A DNA stretch of 64,000 nucleotides from Macrostomum lignano (Eukaryota): NCBI GenBank assembly GCA_002269645.1, contig NIVC01000373.1, forward strand, positions 1-64,000. The letters are read 5' to 3'. Positions 36,118 through 48,192 of the stretch are shown piece by piece. A program made the position numbers and the translations under genes. How positions within the stretch are numbered: position 1 is the first letter of the stretch; each line of letters begins with the position of its first letter. The notes below the pieces were generated by a model. It made no database searches, had not been told where the DNA came from, and saw only the letters and a program-made list of their open reading frames with translations.

Positions 36118-39100
36118 TTACAATATTTCTGCGCTGTCTTGGTCCCACAATAATTCAGTCCTTGTTTTTGCTGACGCTGCTGCTGTCGCTGTGTGGCAGC
36201 TCAGCTGCATCTGCGTCTCAATGTAGTCAGCGGTGTGGAAGCTGGCCACTTCACGGAAATTTCTGGCCATCTTGCTGTGCGCCTGCGGTTCGGACGGGGA
36301 CGCGAGGCTCTGAGCTTTGGGGAGCTGCGGCTGCAGCAGCGGATCCGGGGACTCAGGCTCAGCGCCATTCTCTAGCTGTGAGACTGAGTGGCATTCTCCT
36401 CAGGAATGAGACCCTGAGTTGCCATTCTCCTCAGGAATGAGACTCTGAGTGCCATTCTGCTCAGGAATGAGACCCTGAGTGCCATTCTCCTCAGGAATAA
36501 GACTCTGAGTGCCATTCTCCTCAGGAATGAGACCCTGAATTGCCATTCTCCTCAGGAATGAGACTCTGAGTGCCATTCTGCTCAGGAATGAGACCCTGAG
36601 TGCCATTCTCCTCAGGAATAAGACTCTGAGTGCCATTCTCCTCAGGAATGAGACCCTGAGTTGCCATTCTCCTCAGGAATGAGACCCTGAGTTGCCATTC
36701 TCCTCAGGAATGAGACCCTGAGTTGCCATTCTGCTCAGGAATGAGACCCTGAGTGCCATTCTCCTCAGGAATAAGACTCTGAGTGCCATTCTCCTCAGGA
36801 ATAAGACTCTGAGTGCCATTCTCCTCAGGATTGAGACCCTGAGTTACCATTCTGCTCAGGAATGAGACCCTGAGTGTCATTCTGCTCAGGGATGAGACCC
36901 TGAGTGTCATTCTCCCCAGGAATAAGACCCTGAGTGTCATTCTCCTCAGGAATGTGACTCTGAGTGTCATTCTCCTCAGGAATATGACTCTGAGTGCCAT
37001 TCTCCTCAGGAATAAGACTCTGAGTGCCATTCTCCTCAAGAATAAGACTCTGAGTGCCATTCTCCTCAGGAATGAGACCCTGAGTTGCCATTCTCCTCAG
37101 GAATGAGACCCTGAGTTGCCATTCTCCTCAGGAATGAGACCCTGAGTGCCATTCTCCTCAGGAATGAGACCCTGAGTTGCCATTCTGCTCAGGAATGAGA
37201 CCCTGAGTGCCATTCTCCTCAGGAATAAGACTCTGAGTGCCATTCTCCTCAGGATTGAGACCCTGAGTTACCATTCTGCTCAGGAATGAGACCCTGAGTG
37301 TCATTCTGCTCAGGGATGAGACCCTGAGTGTCATTCTCCTCAGGAATAAGACCCTGAGTGTCATTCTCCTCAGGAATGTGACTCTGAGTGTCATTCTCCT
37401 CAGGAATGTGACTCTGAGTGCCATTCTCCTCAGGAATAAGACTCTGAGTGCCATTCTCCTCAAGAATAAGACTCTGAGTGCCATTCTCCTCAAGAATAAG
37501 ACTCTGAGTGCCATTCTCCTCAGGAATGAGACCCTGAGTTGCCATTCTCCTCAGGAATGAGACCCTGAGTTGCCATTCTCCTCAGGAATGAGACCCTGAG
37601 TGCCATTCTCCTCAGGAATGAGACCCTGAGTTGCCATTCTGCTCAGGAATGAGACCCTGAGTGCCATTCTCCTCAGGAATGAGACCCTTAGTTACCATTC
37701 TGCTCAGGAATAAGACTCTGAGTGCCATTCTCCTCAGGATTGAGACCCTGAGTTACCATTCTGCTCAGGAATGAGACCCTGAGTGTCATTCTGCTCAGGG
37801 ATGAGACCCTGAGTGTCATTCTCCTCAGGAATAAGACCCTGAGTGTCATTCTCCTCAGGAATGTGACTCTGAGTGTCATTCTCCTCAGGAATAAGACCCT
37901 GAGTGTCATTCTCCTCAGGAATGTGACTCTGAGTGTCATTCTCCTCGGGAATGAGACCCTGAGTCCCTGAGTAGCATTCCATCTAAATTTATATTGTACG
38001 AGCATAACTGATTATATTCTATTCAAGTATTTCTCCACGCCGGTCGGCGCTGCGCGTCCCCGGACCCGCCAGCGCGCAGCCGCAGTCACGGAATAGTAAA
38101 AGCGGAGGAAGCCAGCAGGGCCGCAGTGTATTTACATGTAGCGCAAGCGGATGCGCACAGCCAGGCAGCCCGATCACCGCGGGGCAGTCACTGCAGTGCC
38201 GTCCTTACCGCCCGCCTGGCTCATCTGCGCCCTGAACAGCGCCTCGAATGCCGGCCAGTCCAGGTCGCGCTCGCGAGGGTCCCACGGCCGGGCGCCGAAA
38301 CCGCCGATGAAGCCGCCGAAGGGACCAGCGGTGTTCGTGGCTGCAGCTGCTGCCGCTGCCAGCGGTCTGGAGGCTGCCAAGTGCAGCGGCAGGAAAGGTG
38401 TCGCGAAGGCGGCGAACGGTGGCATCAGGCCGGCGGCCACGGAGGTCAGCGGCAGCGCCCCGTGCGGTAGGCCCATCAGCAGCGATGCTGCTGCCACCGA
38501 AGCTTCCTGCCCCTGAGGGACCATCGGAGACGCCGTCGGTGGCGCCCTCGTAGCCGCAGGCGCGGCGGAGGCGTCTTTGCTGATGGCCGGGGCCGCCGCT
38601 GTCGCCTTCGCCTGTTTTGCCGGGCGAGCGGTTGCAGCGGCGGCCTCGGCAACTCGCTGCTGCTCGGCCGGTCTGTCCGGCCTGCTGAGCTGCTGCGCCT
38701 GCGGCATCTCGGCCTGCTCGAGCCTGGCTGGGTGCAGTTGCGCCTGCAGCTCGCGCTCCCCGGCCAGCGCCTTCTCCAGGATGCCCTCCGCCGTGGCCGA
38801 GGTCAGGTGGGCTGGCGTTGTCCTTGGCTGAAATTGAGAAAAACATTGTGATGCAGCTTGCCTCTCTACTAACGAGTAGTTCGTTGCAGGCATGTATTTT
38901 TATTTTTAACCTCCTGCTCACCTGCTCCTGCGGCAAGCCGCCGTTCTTTCTACCGTTTCGCCGACAAGCCTTGAGGTAGGTGCGGACCCGCTTCCTGGCC
39001 CTGTCCGAGAACTCGGGAAACTGACGGTCGCAGGCCTCTAGGATGCCGCTGAGCTTCTCCTTCGGCTGCTTGGAGATCGGCACCATGCGGTCCAAGTTCT

Positions 39101-40183
39101 CGTCAACGAAGAACCTCACGAACAGCTGCGGGATTCGAGAGTGGCGAAATCCCACATTTGCTTTATATTAAAAAAATTCTGAGGCCCTACTGACATCCCT
39201 GATATATTTTCGATTCACTTCGACTTCCGTAATTTCATTCTGAGCACCTGATATTTATTTCGGCACACTGGGGGTATGTAGCTTAATGCACAAGTGTGCT
39301 TACTTCGACGCATGAAGGGCTTAATTTCAGCACTCCGGCTCTCATTAGCGCACACCTGATCCTCATTTCGGAACGCATGCTCTCATTAGCGCACACCTGA
39401 TCCTCATTTCGGAACGCATGCTCTCATTAGCGCACACCTGATCCTCATTTCGGAACGCATGCTCTCATTTGGCACGCCTGATCCTCATTTCGGAACGCAT
39501 GCTCTCATTTGGCACGCCTGATCCTCATTTCGGAACACCTGCTCTCATTTCGGCACGCCTGATCCTCACACCTGATCCTTATTTCGGCACATTTGATCCC
39601 GATTTCCGTACACCTGATGTTTATTTCGCCTGCCCTGAGGTGCACTCCCCGCTCACACACTGAAGGTCTCGGATGCCCTGAGGCTGAAGTACTCAGACTT
39701 CGCGGATGGGAGGTTCTGGAGCAAAATTTGAAATTTTCCCAGCCTCTCCTATGCATGCAGTTAGTGTCGAGTTTCTCGCTGATTAGGCCGGGAGACGCAG
39801 CTCAACTCAACTCAAAGCTTCAACTTACATTGAATGCCTTCAGTCGCTCGTCGTCCATTTTGCCGCCGCCGCCGCTACCGCCGCTGTTGCCCGTCGCGCT
39901 CTGCCCGCCCTCCGAGCCCCCCTCCTCATATTCGTCTTCTCGGGCGCCCTCCTCGCAATCGCCGGCAAGGCTGAGACCCGAGGATTGATGAGGACGCAGC
40001 GCCGGGGAGGCTGGAGAGTCGCCCTCTGCTTCCACGGGGGCGTCGGCAGAGCAGGGGGAGGGGGCCGGGCTGCCGCGGTCAGAGAGGCGCCGCTTGCGAG
40101 ACCGCCTGCCGCCGCCACCGCTGGCGCTGAGGTCCAGGCCGCCCGTCACGGCTGCTGTGGCCATCGGGAAGGCGGATGATTCA
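36118..40183 (-). CDS. NOL4: Nucleolar protein 4 (NOL4/NOL4L)-like; 5' end not resolved
   Basis: Exons ~40183(or ATG 40164)-39829, 39125-38922, 38827-~38208 and terminal ~36375-36118. DERLKAFN|[45 protein letters not shown] and [10 protein letters not shown] match NOL4. The terminal exon [18 protein letters not shown] resembles the NOL4 C-terminal helix. Last junction is ambiguous (phase-1 GTAAG with TAG acceptor, or phase-0 GTGACT with CAG). Confidence 0.85.
36378..37965. repeat. 30/31-bp minisatellite (GAGTGCCATTCTCCTCAGGAATGAGACCCT) with higher-order structure, last NOL4 intron
   Basis: Diagnostic variants CAGGATTGAG and CAGGGATGAG recur at offsets of 424 and 485 bp. Confidence 0.93.
39340..39600. 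repeat. 41-bp minisatellite (CTCTCATTAGCGCACACCTGATCCTCATTTCGGAACGCATG), ~5-6 copies, NOL4 intron
   Basis: Direct inspection. Confidence 0.85.
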
Positions 40184-43100
40184 CTGCAGTGCAGATGGAG
40201 AAGAGTCGGGTCGGGAGGCTGTGCGAGGCGGAATGACAGGGAGGCGCACTGGCTTCGGTATTGCAGCGGTGGCTCGGGGGTTTTAAAGGGAAGCAACCGG
40301 GGTGGGTGAGTGGGAAGAGGGGGACAGGGGGGGGGGCAGGAGGCCTTCCTCTAGGCGTGCCGGGGATTCGCTCGAGTGCCCCCCTTCACCGCTGCCTGTC
40401 CCCGGCGCTGCAAGCGGCCCATGCGGCTGCCTCACACCCGCCCAGCCCCTCAAATCCCGCCCGTGGGAGACCCGGGGAGCCGGCCGTGTGTCGGTGGGTA
40501 TCGCCGAGATCCCCCCGCTGCTCCCAGCCACACGCCCTGCAGTTCCCCTCTTGCGGGAGGCTGGGCCTCCACCCACTTGAGCGGGGATTCACTCCCTTTG
40601 GTTTGCATAGGAAGAGAAGGGGCAGAGGAAGACGGGAGGGCCTGGGTCTATGCGTGTGATGGCAGAGGTGGCCTGGGGATCAGCGGCCACACACACGCAC
40701 ACACACACACACACAATTCTTTTTAAGGCCGCTCCAAATTCAATCCCTGCGCCTCCGACCCCCTTCATCTCCGCCAGCAGCGGGGCGGCACCGGCGGCAG
40801 GGACTGCGGAGCCGCCGCCGCCGAGGGAGAGTGAGGGCTGCATGGGAAATAGGGGAAGTGGGGAGCCAGAGGGGGGCAGGGTGACGTCTCGGTTGCCGCC
40901 TCCCACGCTGCGCCCCTGCATGTGAGCTGCCGGGTGGGCGGGGCGGGCCGCAGCCTCTCTTCTTCATCCTCTCCCGGTGCAAAGAAGCCGGCCGGCACGG
41001 GAGGCAGTGGATTCAGGGCTGCGCAGCGGGGCTTTAGGTGGGAAGTTCAGCTCCCAGGCTGGGGAAGCCGTCGCTGCTGTGTCCCCGATTCTGCCTCCCA
41101 CACTGGGCCTCGGCATCTCCCCTTGGCAAACTTGAAGCTTTTAGCCAGCGCTGAGGGAGCCATGCAGTGGGGGGGGGGGGGTGGCGCACTTTCCTGCGCG
41201 CCACAGCCAAATTCACGCCATCGCCATTGAATGGCTCTCCCGGTGGGTCGCCTGTTTCAAAAAAGGCATGAGCAGCTAGCTGGAAGACAAAGTTTGATGA
41301 TGAACTCTTTGGATGCTGAGCTGACTCAGCTGACTGAGATTGCATACAGTTTTGTGTAGAAATGACTTCTGGTGAGCACGCCATCTGGGAATGGTTGGCT
41401 GGCTAATATTTCGGAACTAGCCGAATCTCCGCATCTTCAGGCACGAGCAGGTTTTGCATCTTGCTATTCCTGTATTGTAAGATTCTTTAAGATTCATTTT
41501 CAAACCAAGAAGTCATTTAAAAATGAGCCATGCAGCCTCGCCTGCGGCGCTCTGATTGGCCGGAGGGCCGGCCAGAAGGACCCCGACAGCTCAAATGCCA
41601 AGCCAACTGCAAGCTGAGGGGTTCAAACGGATTGTCAGAAGCGGCTCCACAGTCTCTGGAGCGCAGAGGGGGGTCGCACAACGAGTCGCATGTCTCCGGG
41701 CCGCTACTGCCGGCCCATCCATCTCCGCAGCTATCCATCCCTGCCAGTTCAGCGGTGGCCAGAAGACGCCACCCCCGCGGGTTAATCGAATTTGGTCCCC
41801 ACGCAGCCATTCGCCGCCTTCATGCCAAATTTATGGGCGCCCGTGTCCCGCAGCGAGAGGGCGAGACTCTCCCATTTCCCTGCCGCTATCGATTAGCCAC
41901 TCCCATGCTTAAGGCCGATTCTGCTGGCAGGCGGGGGTCCCCTGCAGCCTGGCAGGCCAGCAGGGCGCGGGAGGGGCGGGGGGACAAAGCGAGATCCCAA
42001 CTCCGGGGCTTCACCTGCCCCTCCCCTCTCTAATGCAGAAGTCGAGTTTGGGGCGTTGGCCGGATGGCTCCCGCTGATTATCAGGCCCGGGCTCCCAGCA
42101 TCCGCCTCCGCCCAAATTATCGCCACAAGGCCTGGCCGGCCCTCTCAGCCTTCCTGCCCGGCCGCTCCTTGCCCCATCGCCTTGTCGCCTGAAATCCCAC
42201 CTCGCTTCGCCCCTCCCCTCGGTCCGTGTGTGGGGGGGGGGCAAAGAGGAGCGGGCGAGAGGAACTGACGGTGGAGAGTGGGTGGGGAGCTGCGACTAAG
42301 CGGGGTATAGGTAGGCACTCGTATATGCGGGCGGCTGCGCCGGGTCTCGTGCATAAAAAACTGAGGGCCGGGCCTCCTCACAATAATCAGAAAATGAAGA
42401 GGAAGGGGCCAGGAAAAGGGAGAAGGATGGGAGTGGAGGAAGACAGGGAGCGGGAGGGGTTAGGAGCGGAGCTGCGGCAGGAGGCCCCTGCAGGCTGATG
42501 AGCCAGGAGAGATGAAGAGAGGAGACTGCGAGAGGAGAACTGAGTGCGAAACGCGAGTTTCCTGCCAGCCAAACACAGGGCGGGGATGCAGGCCCTGCTC
42601 CGGTCCTTAGGCCAGCCTCGCTATTCTGCAGTGCTATATGAGGCCTCGCAGTCGCCCGCATCCTGGGTGGGCAGGGCATGGAGTGGAGAGACCGCCGCGG
42701 CCTCAGATGCGGATTTCTGCCACCCCCTCTCTTCTCACTGCATGGCGCGGCATCTCTTTTCTCTATGCGGCCCTACATGCCCGCCTGCTCCCCGTCATCG
42801 CCGCCACACAGCTGCCGGATTTGTGGTCCGGGCAGCTAGCTGGGCGCTGAGTAAAGCGAGAGTGTATTTGTTAAGGGGATCCCCTGCGCTGGGGTGCTGC
42901 ACTGAGTGCCGGGAAGGAGTGTACAGGTGGCTGATGAAATCTGTTAGGCTTTGAGGCTGAGGCGCCTGTGTGTCGAACAGCACATTTGCTAAAAATCAAG
43001 CCAGCTCTTTTGACTTTGCTTTTTATTCGCAGAGTGGGCCGCCCATACAGTGTGTGCAAGAAAGTTTTTAAGTCGATTGGAAACTCTCGTCCAAATAGCG

Positions 43101-43967
43101 TCTCTACATGCCTTCTGCAATTGACAACTTCGATACTACTCACGTAGCTCGTATATATTAGTGCGGCTATGCTGAAAATTCTTAAGTACTTTGTCACTTT
43201 GGTTTCCTACGTATTGCCTGGGTACAGTGGGTAGCGGTAGCTATATGATGTACATGATAATAGAATTTCAAAAATTATCGACAGTTTACGGAAACAATGG
43301 CCAATTCATACTACTAACAGTAGAAATAATAAAGTATTCGCAAGATTCATGTGTGAGCATTCCGTTCCGATCTTAATATCCATTTGCTGTCTAACTATTA
43401 GAATTAAAAAACGTTGAATTTTTTACAGAAAGCCCATCAGAAGCAGCTTACTATAAGTACGATTGTACGATAGTTCTGCTCAACCACCATCGTTTGGCTG
43501 TGCATTTCGAGCGTACATACCTACTCTACCCAATTTCCACCCATGCACAGCTTAAAGCTGCCATTAGGTATCGCAAAATACTTTAGTGTTTTGCGATTCC
43601 TGGATCGAATTCAGCCAATCAAGGGATCAGAAAAATGGTTTTAAAAGCTTTTTAACTCGGAATTTAAAGTTGTCCCTGAATTTCGTGCGTGATTTGCAAC
43701 ATTGCTTCCTTTCTACAGTTTAAAATTCCGACGTAACCCGGGATGCATGAAAACGCCTGGGCAACCCCTGACCCTGAGCTCTGCGCTAAAAGGTACAGCC
43801 ACCAGGCCTCGTCCCCTAGACTTTGTCCGCCTCTGGATGGTGCGGTAGCTGACGTTGCGGGGGTTGCGGCCAAGATCCCATTATCTAGACAGCGGGCCCG
43901 GGTTGTTTGGAGGTACGAGTACACGCCAGAGGGTTTGAAGTATTAGGATTAAGGAATAGCTAGGAAC

Positions 43968-44238
43968 CAGGGGCGGAATCCGGCAGATCCAGGTTCGGGG
44001 GCCATAGGGCTATGGCCTCGCCGCCCTCTCCTCGGGAGACTGACAATTGATCACCACAATTTGACCGCCGCAAGTTCATCGCCAGACGATTTCACAGCTG
44101 CCCTATATATTTCACCTTGAATTGGGCCATATACTTTTTTGGCCTGGCTGTAACTATGCAAGGTCTATGTTCCAATATTGGGTTGTAGTGCTTGGATAGC
44201 TTGCCCCCCTCCTCAAAAAATTTCTGGATCCACCCCTG
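43968..44238. mobile_element. hAT-type MITE, 271 bp
   Basis: TIRs CAGGGGCGGAATCC / GGATCCACCCCTG; perfect 8-bp TSD CTAGGAAC (43960-43967, 44239-44246). Confidence 0.85.
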
Positions 44239-44993
44239 CTAGGAACTTAGGGTCAGCGAGACACCAAATTCAAAAGCAATCCAATAGAGGCCAAAGATAC
44301 TTATATAATAACACTGTTATTTTGCTGTGCCAAGACCAAGAGCCAAATAAAATAAACCAGTAGCTGAGGCTGAGAGTCTGAGACCGAGCCACACAGCACC
44401 CACCGCTCTTTCATTCACAATATATTCTCAATATGTTTGTTCTGAACAAAAAGCAACGCTTTGGGTTGACAGACTTACAGACTTACAGTTATACAGACTT
44501 GAAAATTGAGAGCATTTTAGCTATAATGTGTTTTTTAATGAAATGCGCTCCAAAGTTAAAAAATCTACCTGCCCAGTGTCTGAGTACAGCACTTTGATAC
44601 AGAAAATGTAATCATAACAGTGATGCAAAACATCAGTGGCGGATATCGGATTTTTCCCTGGTCAGCCCAAGTACCATTGTACTTGTACTATTATAACAGG
44701 ACGTAAAACTCAAATATCGTGTAATTTTTTGGAGGCCAATTTCCTGTAAAAATACACTATGGGGATAGTAAAAATCATTTTTTAATCACAAAATCAATGG
44801 ATGCATTTGACGTGGGGCAGTGAAGATTACCATTCTATTAATTTAGCATGCACAGCAAGTTACTCTGTTCTATTTTATATAATTGGTATATAAAATAGAG
44901 CGTTATAGCTCGTACAAAGCTTAGTCAGCACAGACCACCGGTTACCATACAGCAAAACCCCTTTAAACTGCATTAAACTAAATGTCTTGAAAG

Positions 44994-45188
44994 CAGTAGC
45001 GCATCCAGAAATTTTTTTAGGGGGGGCGGATTCTGGAAGGTAAAGTCCCGTGAGGGGGGGGCGGAGGGGAGGCTCTGTTTTTGGCGAAAATTCGCTTGGT
45101 CCCCCTTCAATTTTTTCTGGGTCTCCGCATAAGGGGGGGGCGACCGCCCCCCCCCGCCCCCCGCCCCCCTCCCCTGGTTGCGCCACTG
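44994..45188. mobile_element. hAT-type MITE, 195 bp, G/C-tract rich
   Basis: TIRs CAGTAGCGCATCCAG / CTGGTTGCGCCACTG; TSD CTTGAAAG / CTTGACAG (7/8). Confidence 0.8.
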
Positions 45189-46894
45189 CTTGACAGACTT
45201 GACTCTCCAAAAGCCATCTGTATTCGACTGCTTAGAATTAGAACTGTTGGAATTTTATCCTTTTTCATTATTTTCCGAGCCCAGATGCTGTGAGACCGAG
45301 TGAGACTGACCTGAACGGCTATAGACGTCAAGTTTTTAAGCTATTCTTATTTCCACTCCTTCGTCTAGCCTATAATTTACAATCGATTTTCCCGGGACTC
45401 GTGTTTTTACAACTTAATCAGAACAGCAGAAAGCTAATTAGGCCAATAGAAATGCATTTGCAATTAATTTGTTTGGTTGAATAACAATTAAATTAATTTA
45501 GCTATCCCAATTCAAAACTCCACCCCATTGGCCGGCTCGCTGTGTTGAATTGACTTATCCAGCGCAGCCTTGCCTGTTAAAAACAAGACGTTTAAAAGTT
45601 CACCAGACCCGATGAGAGGGGGGGACTCTTTAACCATTTTGGTTTGGTTTAATGACTGCAGTCTGATTTATCTTGTTCTTGTCCAGGAGGTCAACAAATC
45701 AAGTTGTTTCACACGAGTTTTAAAGCCTTGACCAATGAAAAGGCGGAGTTTTCTCACACCCGCTATTGCCTGGCCCCACCCCCCAAATAAGTGCGTTCGC
45801 GCTCGTGCAAGTTTAATGACCCAATTTACGGCGTCTGCGACTGCGAGAATTGCTCTTATGTAACTAAAATGGAGCCGCCGGGGTGTGAAATTAAAGCCAA
45901 TACTAGCCTGATAACTTTTAATCAACTTAGTTGAACTTTACTAATCCCTTTATTACGCCGAATTAAAGCGATGGAATTCTATGACCTTATTGAGGCACAT
46001 TTCCAGCTTGAATTAGCCTTTAATGCCTTTAATGGATTTGATTGCACCTATAAAAGGCCAATTATAACGTAAATGAATCAAATTAGTTATCTCAAATATT
46101 ATCTTATCTGCAGGTTCATATCTGCAGATTTCCATGGTTAAAATTAGAATAGCTGTCGAACGAAATTACGAAGGGTATGCGAATATGAAGCCATTAAATT
46201 GATTCAAAAAAATCAGCTGCTTCACTTCACTTTCACTAGTTTTCATCAGAAACTACATTCAAAGAAGAGCTCTGTTAATTGTTGTTGCCTACCTGATACA
46301 GATACATATATTTAACAAGACATAGGCAAAGTTGGCAAACAGCAGTCAGAGCCAAAGGTTCAAGGGTATTTTGGTCATTTACTAACTGCTGACTCTGACG
46401 CACAGAAAGAAATTTCTGTCTTAGAGCTGCATGTCTAAAAGCTAACTCTATTTACGTAAAATTAGTTCAATGGGATGAATGAATGGGGCTCCAAGCGAGT
46501 GTCCCCCAACTGTAAGCGTTTTGTTGTAAAATGAAGAAATATTCACTGTATCTTTTTAAAATTAAAATATGAAAACGATCCACCGATGGGTAACGCAACA
46601 GCAACACCACCAAACCCATTCAACTCACAGTTTTTTTTAATTCAAGCTACATCTCGCAATTTTCGGTTCGAATTCAGTGTTTTAATATGTAATGTAAAGG
46701 ACAAAGGTACGCGCTCGTATTATAATCTAAAAGAACAAAATGTAATGCAATAGCTCGTAATATTGCTTAAAAATCTGAACAATTCTCGAAAAATCTCGAG
46801 TTTGTTTACAGGCTGTTGGTATTGCCACCCAGGGGTCAGGGGATTGAGGCTGAATTAGCTCGTAAATTCCCTCAGTGGGTCCCTCGGATCTCGA

Positions 46895-46990
46895 CCAATC
46901 AGAAATCTTCTAGCCAACTAAACTTTTGAAGTTTGCCAATCTCATTCTAATGTTTCCCAGCCAATCAAAGGCGACCAATGGCTTGAATGG
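46895..46990 (+). promoter_or_regulatory. CCAAT-box cluster upstream of the KH gene
   Basis: CCAAT at 46895, 46936, 46961 and 46975, within 180 bp of ATG 47071. Confidence 0.5.
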
Positions 46991-47070
46991 AAAAAGGGCG
47001 TGATATCACTACTTAAAATCAGACGCTTCGCGAGGCTGAGAATGGAGCCGGCACCAGTAGAATCCAATTT

Positions 47071-48192
47071 ATGCCAATTCATACCGTTATATCATCACGT
47101 AAATCCGATAACGAACTAAAAATGAAACGAGGCCCAACACTTCGCATTAGCGTAGCAGCCGATGACCACAGCCATCTGATTGGGAAGGGTGGCCAATCGC
47201 ACAAGCTTCTGCAAACGAGAACCAATACTCGGGTTCACTTTCCTGAGCGAGTAGCATCTCCAGAGTTGCACAAAACGGGTTCGCGAACTGAAGACGAAGT
47301 ACTTCTATACCCCGCTGATGCTTTAATGAAGACCGAGCCATGGGCCAGCGAGGAGCAACTGGTGCACCAGTTTTTTACCTGCCGCAAGCTCATTCGACAA
47401 AACCAGCTTCTTATCTACCGTCTCTTTGTGCCGAGTACAACCTGGCGTATGGATTACTCTAAAGTCCAGAAAATGTGCATGCTTTCTCAACAGGCTCTCA
47501 GCCAAAAGATCTTGTTGTCAAGTCAGCAGCATTCTGACTACACAATAATCGCAGTGCGCGGAACCATGAGACAATCATCTGAGGTAATTCAAGTGACCAC
47601 TGAAGTGCAGAAAGTTTTTCCATCCGCAGTCTACAATACATTGTGCCTGCCTAGCGTGCACTGGCGGGACCTCATTCTCGTGGCCAGTACTCAAGTGATC
47701 AAGGATTTCAATTTGCCCAGCGATACGGCTCCCGAGGCTGCTTTTGCTAGCTTCTTATGCACGGTCGGAGTGATGCCGCAGTTCCACAACGGAGAAATTA
47801 TTAGCCTTCAAGGACAGGATGCAACTCGCGTACTAGAAGTCAAACAGCGGCTGATTCAAGCACTTCCATTGAGTCTGGTTCTACCGAATTCTCTGACTCT
47901 GAGCTGCAACATTACCAACGCTCAGGTTCTAGCCAAAGTGCAAAGACTCTACGGAGTGCGCATTGGCTCCGGCTCCAACTGCGGCCGGATCGTTCTGGAG
48001 ACACACGAGGCCAACTTTGCGGCACTCTTTGATGTACGATGGTTGCTAAGCCTTGAAGATCCGATGGGCTTTTTGGCTCGGGTGAACATTCACTCCGTGT
48101 GGTCAGTTGGCTCTCCAAGGACTTTCGCCGAGCTGGAGGAATCTGAACCACAGAAGCAGACCAAAAACAGCCTCGTTAACAGTAAGCTGTGA
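47071..48192 (+). CDS. Intronless KH-domain RNA-binding protein, divergent Bicaudal-C/GLD-3-like, no SAM domain
   Basis: 373-aa ORF. TLRISVAADDHSHLIGKGG..RTNTRVHFPE resembles Bicc1 KH1; IAVRGTMRQ and RLYGVRI..IVLETHEAN..LFDVRWLL resemble the later Bicc1 KH-like folds. AATAAA/ATTAAA signals follow the stop. Confidence 0.75.
   Translation: MPIHTVISSRKSDNELKMKRGPTLRISVAADDHSHLIGKGGQSHKLLQTRTNTRVHFPERVASPELHKTGSRTEDEVLLYPADALMKTEPWASEEQLVHQFFTCRKLIRQNQLLIYRLFVPSTTWRMDYSKVQKMCMLSQQALSQKILLSSQQHSDYTIIAVRGTMRQSSEVIQVTTEVQKVFPSAVYNTLCLPSVHWRDLILVASTQVIKDFNLPSDTAPEAAFASFLCTVGVMPQFHNGEIISLQGQDATRVLEVKQRLIQALPLSLVLPNSLTLSCNITNAQVLAKVQRLYGVRIGSGSNCGRIVLETHEANFAALFDVRWLLSLEDPMGFLARVNIHSVWSVGSPRTFAELEESEPQKQTKNSLVNSKL

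Noticed and set aside
40589-40921. Candidate upstream NOL4 exon (MQPSLSLGGGG...)
   Set aside because: No convincing phase-compatible donor and no NOL4 N-terminal homology; 5' end left unresolved.
44634-44670. CAGTGGCGGAT, a possible third hAT MITE end
   Set aside because: No matching right TIR or TSD found.
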